Assembly (NCBI GenBank): GCA_050248855.1
Contig: JBFWRP010000018.1
Coordinates: 25,337 to 89,336 of the forward strand
Source of the DNA: Planctomycetota bacterium
GTDB lineage: Bacteria > Planctomycetota > PLA2 > JAEUHO01
Direction of reading: 5' to 3'
DNA length: 64,000 bases
Shown: in pieces, positions 57,608 to 64,000 of the stretch
Layout of the letters: each line of letters begins with the position of its first letter
How positions within the stretch are numbered: the first letter of the stretch is position 1
Notes under the pieces: generated by a model
Databases searched by the model: none
The model's input: only the letters and a program-made list of their open reading frames with translations
What the model was told of the DNA's origin: nothing
Position numbers and translations under genes: made by a program

Positions 57608-58547
57608 CGGGGGCGCGGCCACCCTGCATGCGCTTGCGCACGACGGTCAGGACGATGCCCAAGCCGACGATGGCGACGAGCAGCCCGACCCAGACAGGCC
57701 AGCGGGTGGCGACCTTCTCGACCAGCGGCTCATCCACGGGGATGTCCCCCACGATCGACATCAGCTGGGGAGCAGGGAAGGCGCTGGAGGGCCGAGCGGC
57801 TGGGGGAGGTCCGCCCGCAGGCTCGGCCTCGGGCAGCGGCGGGAGCTCGCGGCCGTCGGCGTCGAGACGCGTCACGGTCTTCTCCACCTCGACTCCCCCG
57901 GGCGCGATGCCCTTGAGGCTGTAACGGACGAGCAGGCTGTGGACGGGATCCTCGATCGGGACGACGGCGCTGTGGCCAAGGCCTACAAGGTGTCCCCGCG
58001 GGGGGGGCTCCTCGAACGTGTAGCCCGCGTCGGTGTCGAGCGCCGCGATGACGGATGCCGCGTCGGTTGCGGGCAAGAACAGCAGGAGGCCCAAGTACGA
58101 GGGTAGATCCTGAGGCTTCTCGCCGGGCGTAGCACGCCTCAGGACCTTGTGCACCCCCGGGCGGTGCGCGAGGCCCATGAGCCAGAAGGCCTCGTAGCCG
58201 GACTCGCGAGGCGGAATCCAGAGCGTGTCCCCGGCCTGGATGCCGTCAGGCGGTGTGACGTGCTTGGGGTTGGCCTGTGCGATGAGGGGCCAAGCCTTGG
58301 CATCCCCGTAGTACCTGGTGGCCAGTGCTCGCAGGGTGTCACCCCGGGCGACCACGTGGGGCCGCGAGACGAGCTTCGCCACGGGTCCCCACTCGAGCTC
58401 CACCTTCATGCGGGCGATCTTGGTATCCGGCGCCAGGGGCCAGTCCGCGGGCATGTCCGCGTGAGCCCGACGCCACCCCGTTGCTGCCGCGACCACCACC
58501 AAGACCACTGCCCACGGACCCCAGACGTTCACGCCACGTCGAACCAT
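57597..58547 (-). CDS. Exported LysM-domain protein with C-terminal TM anchor
   Basis: GGAGG RBS; signal ending AHA-DM; HVVARGDTLRALATRYYGDAKAWPLIAQAN...GDTLWIP; Pro-rich stalk, TM, RKR tail. Confidence 0.85.
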   Translation of the reverse strand: MVRRGVNVWGPWAVVLVVVAAATGWRRAHADMPADWPLAPDTKIARMKVELEWGPVAKLVSRPHVVARGDTLRALATRYYGDAKAWPLIAQANPKHVTPPDGIQAGDTLWIPPRESGYEAFWLMGLAHRPGVHKVLRRATPGEKPQDLPSYLGLLLFLPATDAASVIAALDTDAGYTFEEPPPRGHLVGLGHSAVVPIEDPVHSLLVRYSLKGIAPGGVEVEKTVTRLDADGRELPPLPEAEPAGGPPPAARPSSAFPAPQLMSIVGDIPVDEPLVEKVATRWPVWVGLLVAIVGLGIVLTVVRKRMQGGRAPDEE

Positions 58548-58686
58548 GCACACCTCCGTTCCACGTCTTCGACCCCGCCGACCGTACCGCGTTCCGCAGC
58601 TTTGTCAGGGGGGGGAGGCCAAATCGGAGGGCGAGGAGCGCGCCTGCCGCGCCTCGCGGGGGCGGCCGGCGGAATCCCGCAGCGGA

Positions 58687-60129
58687 TCAGCGCCCGGCGG
58701 CGGGCGGGGGGAGCTCGATGGCGTGATCGCCGCTACCGATGCGACAGGCGCCGGTCACCTGGTCGTACGGCATGGGCTCGCCCGTGGCGAAGCTGATGGG
58801 AATGTCCGCCAGGTACGCGGGCACGAGGGCGTGAGCGTCCTCGGGGTAGGTGCCGTGATCGAGATGATGGAGATGCAGCGCGAGGGCCAGCGTCACCGTG
58901 GCACGCTGGTCGACGTGCGCGCGGTACCGCTTCGCAGCCAGATGGAGCAGCACCAGCCCCGTCGAAGCCACGAGATCACCCGCCGTACGGGCGATCTTGT
59001 CATCGCCTCGCCGGATGGAGTCGAGGACGTCGGCCGCGGCCGGTCCTTCAGCGTCCAAGGCGCGCCCCAGCTGGCGGTAGTGCTCGGCACGGGCGGTCAC
59101 GATGCGGTCGAGCTCGGCGTCGTGGGCGGGTGAAGGCGTTCGCAGCAGGGGGAGCGCTTCGTCGTAGGCGTCGTTGATCGCCTGCAAGGCCGGGTTCAGG
59201 GCGACGTAGGCCTCGTGGACGAGAGGAGGCTCCCCTCCGGGTTCGAGGTCGCGCACCATCTGCGCCGTGAAGCTGCCCAGCAACACGAATCGCTCGTACT
59301 CGTCGAGATCGCGGGCCAAGCGATCCGCGGGCACGTGGCGCTGGAGGAGTCCGAGGGCCTCGCGCGCCATGGCCTCCGGCATCCTGCCGCTCTCCAGAAC
59401 CCGCACCAGCCAGTCCAGGGCCAGTTCGCCGGCGCCGCGCTCGAGCAATCTGGCGAGGATGCCGGGCCGCTGGTTCAAGAGCCGGCTCCACGCGAGCAGG
59501 GCCTTGGCGTCTGCCCACCCCGCGCCCACATCGCCTCGGACCCGACGAAGCTCGGCCCGCTGCGCCAGGGCATTCACCAGCGGCGAGGCCCAATGCTCCT
59601 CGACGCGTTGGACGACGTATCCGGTTTGCAGGTCACGGGTGAGGGGTCCCCACAGCGAGGGCCTTCCGCACGCATCGACGAAGCCTTGGAGGGCCTCCTC
59701 ATTGGTAGAGAGCCAGGCGTCCAAAGCCACGAGCTCCTCTTCGCTCGCGGTGGCCACGTCTTCGAGCAGCGGCGTGTCGAACTCCTGCTCGACGAACGAC
59801 CCCTCCACGGGCAGCCCCGGCGGAGCCCCCAGCTCGTCGAGCCCTTCCTGCATCCGGCCCCGCATCACACCCGTTCCCAGCACCCGCAGCAGGGCGACGG
59901 TGGCGTTCTCTTCGGCAGGCGGCGGTGTACCCGCATTCAACACCGCGAGGTAGTCCACGTGCCCACCAGGTGTGAGCGGCTCCGTCAGGCGCGTGGTCCG
60001 GTAGCTGATCTCGAGGGGAACGGGATCGAGCGGTGGGAGCTCCTCCTCCCCACCGAAGACCAACACCACGACCGCGATCAGCACGAGCCCCGCGATGCCG
60101 AGCAGCGTCCACAGGGCGGATTTCGACAT
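58687..60129 (-). CDS. Membrane-anchored helical hypothetical protein
   Basis: N-terminal TM; TTRLTEPLTPGGHVDYLAVLN; pseudopilin-like C-terminal segment HGTYP...LVPAYL..IP...TGEP. Confidence 0.7.
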   Translation of the reverse strand: MSKSALWTLLGIAGLVLIAVVVLVFGGEEELPPLDPVPLEISYRTTRLTEPLTPGGHVDYLAVLNAGTPPPAEENATVALLRVLGTGVMRGRMQEGLDELGAPPGLPVEGSFVEQEFDTPLLEDVATASEEELVALDAWLSTNEEALQGFVDACGRPSLWGPLTRDLQTGYVVQRVEEHWASPLVNALAQRAELRRVRGDVGAGWADAKALLAWSRLLNQRPGILARLLERGAGELALDWLVRVLESGRMPEAMAREALGLLQRHVPADRLARDLDEYERFVLLGSFTAQMVRDLEPGGEPPLVHEAYVALNPALQAINDAYDEALPLLRTPSPAHDAELDRIVTARAEHYRQLGRALDAEGPAAADVLDSIRRGDDKIARTAGDLVASTGLVLLHLAAKRYRAHVDQRATVTLALALHLHHLDHGTYPEDAHALVPAYLADIPISFATGEPMPYDQVTGACRIGSGDHAIELPPPAAGR

Positions 60130-60266
60130 CGGCGGAGTGTAGCGGCAGGACCGGCCATGGGCCGCGCGAGCGCCTTGCTTGCCAGGGCGGCGGGCGCACA
60201 TGAAGCGCAGGAGCAGCGCCGGATGGCCTGCGTTGACGACCTCCGCACCCTCCGTACGCTGCCCGC

Positions 60267-61589
60267 ATGAGCGAGACGCCGCAGGTCACTCTCCGCAAGC
60301 CCACGAAGCCCCGGTGGCTGACCTGGGGCGGAGGCATCACGCTCACGCTGGTGGCCTTGGGGATCACGTGGTTCCTCCTCCCCAAGCCCGTTCCGGACAC
60401 CATTCGCCTCGCAACTGGAGGCGAGGGGGGCGGCTACGACGCGTTCGGGCAGCGGCTGGCCGACGAGCTGGCCAAGGACGGGTTCCGGGTCGAGCTGGTC
60501 CGGACGCAGGGGTCCGTCGACAACGTCAAGCAGCTGCAGACCGGTGCGGTCGACCTCGCGTTGGTGCAGGGCGGCACGGTGCCCGAGGACGACGATCGCC
60601 TGCGTTCGCTGTGCGCCGTGTTCTTCGAGCCGCTCTGGATGTTCCGGCACGAGAGCGTGGAGGTCGATCAGCTGGGCGATCTCCAAGAGCAGCGCATGGC
60701 GATCGGCCAGGAGGGCAGCGGCTCGCGCCTGCTGATGGAGAGGCTCCTGGAGGAGTCCGGCGTGGACCTGGGTCGGCTCCGCTTGCTTCCCCTGGGACCG
60801 CAAGAAGGCGTCCGTGCCCTGCGCGCGGGCGCCCTCGACGTCTTGGCGTTCGTCGTCTCCCCGGACGCCAGCTACCTGCAGGGGCTGCTGAGCGGCGGGA
60901 ACGACATCGTGCTGCACGACTGGTCGCGCAGCGAGTCGTACGCCCGACGCCGGCCTTACCTGCACGCGCTGACGATCACCCCGGGCCTGCTCGACATGCG
61001 TCGGGGCTTCCCCGCCGCGTCCGTGCGCATGATCGCGCCCGCGGCCTCGATCGTCATGCATCCCGGCACGCATCGCGGCCTCGTGATGCCCGTCATCGAG
61101 GCGTGCAACCGCCTGCTACGTCGGGGCACCCTGCTGGCCGAGCCGGGCACCTTTCCCAACCACCGTCTGGTGGACGCCCCGGTCGACGAAGACGCCGCAC
61201 GCTACTTCGAAGAAGGACCCAGCTTCCTCTACCGCGTGTTTCCGTACCCGATCGCCAGGGTCCTTGACCGCCTGAAGCTGCTGATCATCCCCCTGCTCAC
61301 GCTCCTGCTGCCGCTGTTTCGCGTGGCGCCGCCGTTCTACCGCTGGCGCATGCGCTCGCGCATCTTCCGGTGGTACGGCATCCTGCGCGAGACCGACGAC
61401 GTCCTCCGCTCACCCCACGCGAGCGCCGACATCCAGGCCGAGATCGCACGCTTGGACGCGCTCGAACGCGAGATCACCGAGGTCGCCATCCCGCTGTCGT
61501 TCACCGACGAGCTCTACCACCTCCACATGCACATCGACTACGTGCGGGGGAAGCTCAAGCAGCACCTGGACGCCGCGGACAGGGGGTAG
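60267..61589 (+). CDS. TAXI-family TRAP solute-binding protein with C-terminal membrane extension
   Basis: IRLATGGEGGGY, TQGSVDN, LALVQGG, EPLW, IGQEGSGS. Confidence 0.85.
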   Translation: MSETPQVTLRKPTKPRWLTWGGGITLTLVALGITWFLLPKPVPDTIRLATGGEGGGYDAFGQRLADELAKDGFRVELVRTQGSVDNVKQLQTGAVDLALVQGGTVPEDDDRLRSLCAVFFEPLWMFRHESVEVDQLGDLQEQRMAIGQEGSGSRLLMERLLEESGVDLGRLRLLPLGPQEGVRALRAGALDVLAFVVSPDASYLQGLLSGGNDIVLHDWSRSESYARRRPYLHALTITPGLLDMRRGFPAASVRMIAPAASIVMHPGTHRGLVMPVIEACNRLLRRGTLLAEPGTFPNHRLVDAPVDEDAARYFEEGPSFLYRVFPYPIARVLDRLKLLIIPLLTLLLPLFRVAPPFYRWRMRSRIFRWYGILRETDDVLRSPHASADIQAEIARLDALEREITEVAIPLSFTDELYHLHMHIDYVRGKLKQHLDAADRG

Positions 61590-61624
61590 CTCCCCAGGCG
61601 TAGGGATGGGCCCTGGGTAGGGCA

Positions 61625-62266
61625 CTACCCCTCGGCACCGAGAAGGGGAACGAACGCGACCGAGCCCAGCGAGCGTCGCTCGAACGACTGCTCCCCCGTC
61701 CGACGGATCACCAGGAGCTCCTGGTCGTAGGGCGTGACGCCCACGGGGATCACCAGGCGTCCGCCCACCGCCAGCTGCTGCAGGAGGGTCTCGGGGACCT
61801 CGGGGCCCGCGGCCGACACGAGGATGGCGTCGAACGGGGCCTGGTCCGCCAGGCCCTGCGTGCCGTCGCCGTGGACGACGTGGACGTTCTGGATGCCCAA
61901 GCTGCGCATGCGATGCGCGGCGCTGGTGGCGAGACTCTCGTACCACTCGATGGCGAACACCTCGCGCGCCAGCCGGCCCAGCACGGCCGCGGCATAGCCG
62001 GAGCCCGCGCCGACTTCCAGCACGCGATCGTCCGGCCCGATCTCGAGCGCCTCCGCCATCACGGCGACGACGTACGGCTGGGAGATCGTCTGGCCCTCCT
62101 CGATAGGCAGCGGCCGGTCTTCGTAGGCCCGATCGCGCATCGTCTCGGGAACGAACGCCTCGCGCGGCACGGCGCGCATCGCCTCGAGCACGCGCACGTC
62201 ATGCACACCCCGGCCGACCAGGTGCTGCAAGACCATGCGCTCGCGCTGCTCGGCAGACATGGACAT
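61625..62266 (-). CDS. pcm: Protein-L-isoaspartate O-methyltransferase
   Basis: VPREAFVP, AYEDRPLPI, QTISQP, VLEVGAGSGY, APFDAI, FVPL. Confidence 0.95.
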   Translation of the reverse strand: MSMSAEQRERMVLQHLVGRGVHDVRVLEAMRAVPREAFVPETMRDRAYEDRPLPIEEGQTISQPYVVAVMAEALEIGPDDRVLEVGAGSGYAAAVLGRLAREVFAIEWYESLATSAAHRMRSLGIQNVHVVHGDGTQGLADQAPFDAILVSAAGPEVPETLLQQLAVGGRLVIPVGVTPYDQELLVIRRTGEQSFERRSLGSVAFVPLLGAEG

Positions 62267-62309
62267 GGTGCGCTCCCGCCGCGCCCGGCCGCTGGCGACG
62301 AGCAAGTGT

Positions 62310-63461
62310 CTAGGAGTCGGGCCCGCCGGACCGACCGCGAAGCACCTGCTCGTAGGCGCCCAGCGTAGCGTCGGCGGTCCGATCGGCCGTGAGGCGAGCT
62401 TCGACGCGGCGGCGACCGGCCGCGCCGTGGGCCCTCGCGGCGGCGGGGTCCGCCAGGATGGCGGCGAGCGCCGCCGCAAGCGCCGGCGGATCGGCGGGCG
62501 GGACGAGTCGTCCTTCGACGCCGTCGTCGAGCAGCTCGGGGATGCCGCCGGCGCGCGTGGCGACGACGGGCAAGCGCGCGGCCATGGCATCGATCACGCT
62601 GGTGCCGAGGCCCTCTTCGCGACTGGTGAAGGCGAAGACGTGAAACACGCGGAGCCACGACGGTGCGTCGGAACGCCAGCCGACGAGGTGGACGCGATCG
62701 CCCAGCCGGGCCGTGGCGATCTGCGCCTCGAGCTGGGGGCGACGCGTGCCCTCCCCCACGATCACGAGGTGCGTGTCGGGGTGCTGGGCGGCCAGTCGGG
62801 CGAAGCCCCCGATCAGCGTGGCGTGGTCCTTGTGGCCGACGAGGGCACCGATCGTGCCGATGACCCTTGCGTCGGGCGGGAGGCCCAGGCTGGCGCGGAG
62901 GTCGGCTTCGATGCGCGGGGCCCCGTCGATGCGCGCGAGGTCGACGCCGCTGTGTGCAACGCTGACACGCTCCGGACGCAGGCCGTCGGCGAGTAGCACA
63001 TAGCGAATGCGGTCGCTGACGGCGATGACGTGGTCCACGCCGGGGTCGTACTTGAGGCGGTCCAGGCCCGGGCTCTTGTGGCGGAAGATGCTGTAGTCGA
63101 CGCGACGCGTGGCGACGAGGGCGGGACGCTGGCGACCACAAAGGCGTGCGGCCATGGCGATGAGGCCGTGGGCCTTGGAGGCGTGGGCGTGAGCCACGTG
63201 GGGGCGTACGCGCCGGAAGAGCGCCGCCAGGGCCAGTACGGCGCCGACGTCGAGCTCGTTGGCGATGGCGAGCGGCGCCACCGCAAAGCCCTCGGCGCGG
63301 AACCGCTCGTGGGCCGCGGTGCCGCGGCGTACGGCGAGTACCTGGTCGACCCCCCGCTCCCGCAGCGCCGACGCCAGGTACAGCAGCTGCTGCTCACCGC
63401 CTCGCCACCCTCGTTCGGAGGTCAGGTGCAGGACGCGCAAGGGGGACGCGGATGCGGGCAC
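62310..63461 (-). CDS. GT4 family glycosyltransferase
   Basis: WRGGEQQ, IAVS, KDH, SREEGLGTSVIDAMA, GGIPE; start re-called at GTG 63461. Confidence 0.9.
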   Translation of the reverse strand: MPASASPLRVLHLTSERGWRGGEQQLLYLASALRERGVDQVLAVRRGTAAHERFRAEGFAVAPLAIANELDVGAVLALAALFRRVRPHVAHAHASKAHGLIAMAARLCGRQRPALVATRRVDYSIFRHKSPGLDRLKYDPGVDHVIAVSDRIRYVLLADGLRPERVSVAHSGVDLARIDGAPRIEADLRASLGLPPDARVIGTIGALVGHKDHATLIGGFARLAAQHPDTHLVIVGEGTRRPQLEAQIATARLGDRVHLVGWRSDAPSWLRVFHVFAFTSREEGLGTSVIDAMAARLPVVATRAGGIPELLDDGVEGRLVPPADPPALAAALAAILADPAAARAHGAAGRRRVEARLTADRTADATLGAYEQVLRGRSGGPDS

Positions 63462-63488
63462 GCGCAACAAGGTACGCGTGCGAGGCCA

Positions 63489-63955
63489 CGCGCGGAGGTG
63501 TCTGAACCCCGTGAGGGGTGCAGGGGACCGTGAGGGGTGCAGGAGGGACCGTGAGGGGTGCAGGGGGGACCGTGAGAGGTGCAGGAGGGGTACGGAATAG
63601 CCCTCCTGCCGCGAGGGCGTAGCCCGAGCGCCGAATCCGCGCGGGAGCGCGGAACACCTGCTCTGCGGCGCTCCGAGCAAGATTCCCTTTACGCGGGCGG
63701 AAGGAAGGTGGCGGAGCGCAATAGCCCCCCTGCCGCGAGGGCGTAGCCCGAGCGCCGAATCCGCGCGGGAGCGCGGAGGGAGCGTGGAGTGACCAAGCAC
63801 CGAAGTGTGGAACCCGCTGGCCGGCGAACCGCGAGCCGCGCGGAGGTGTCTGAACCTGCGCCTCGGAGCACCGTGAGGGGTGCAGGGGGGGTACGGAATA
63901 GCCCCCCTGCCGCGAGGGCGTAGCCCGAGCGCCGAATCCGCGCGGGAGCGCGGAA
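63489..63955. repeat. Second REP/BIME-like cluster sharing modules with 31542-32230
   Basis: Four tandem CCGTGAG(G/A)GGTGCAGG units (63509-63590); three copies of CCTGCCGCGAGGGCGTAGCCCGAGCGCCGAATCCGCGCGGGAGCGCGGA; two copies of GCGCGGAGGTGTCTGAACC. Confidence 0.9.
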
Positions 63956-64000
63956 CAGGAGTGGAGCGACCAGACACCGTGTGGCGTTCGCCCGCCTCCG

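Noticed and set aside
2532..58615. Phase-variable G tracts (G9 at 2532-2540, G8 at 58000-58007, G8 at 58608-58615)
   Set aside because: Lengths are plausible by chance at this GC content, the coding tract is in frame, and there are no read data to show variation.
63462..63977. N-terminal extension of the glycosyltransferase in the ORF track
   Set aside because: It is translated repeat DNA; family similarity starts at LRVLHL and a -10 box precedes GTG 63461.

Overview
High-GC bacterial DNA, probably Planctomycetota (inferred from a TIGR02999-type ECF sigma factor, Hanks kinases and many secreted carboxypeptidase-regulatory-like proteins). The dominant feature is a ~22 kb co-oriented tandem array (8093-30110) of seven ~930-1170 aa exported or membrane-anchored beta-sandwich repeat paralogues plus a broken eighth copy, bracketed by two secreted alpha/beta-hydrolases. 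Other genes: a partial DUF222/HNH-like gene, a PP2C plus Lys-to-Arg kinase pair, stand-alone coaB, an APH-AAA kinase/IMPase/STAS cluster, a molybdopterin oxidoreductase operon, a GntR(YtrA)-ABC operon with its operator, a transglutaminase, DeaD, a kinase-ATPase-TPR protein near an ECF sigma factor, a LysM/membrane-protein operon, a TAXI protein, pcm and a GT4 glycosyltransferase. Non-coding signals: a 178-nt rod-like structured element inside the Mo-enzyme operon, two REP/BIME-like mosaic repeat clusters with compensatory stem changes, and a recurrent TANNNT-N6/7-start (leaderless) pattern. All calls were made by eye from motifs; no database searches were run.
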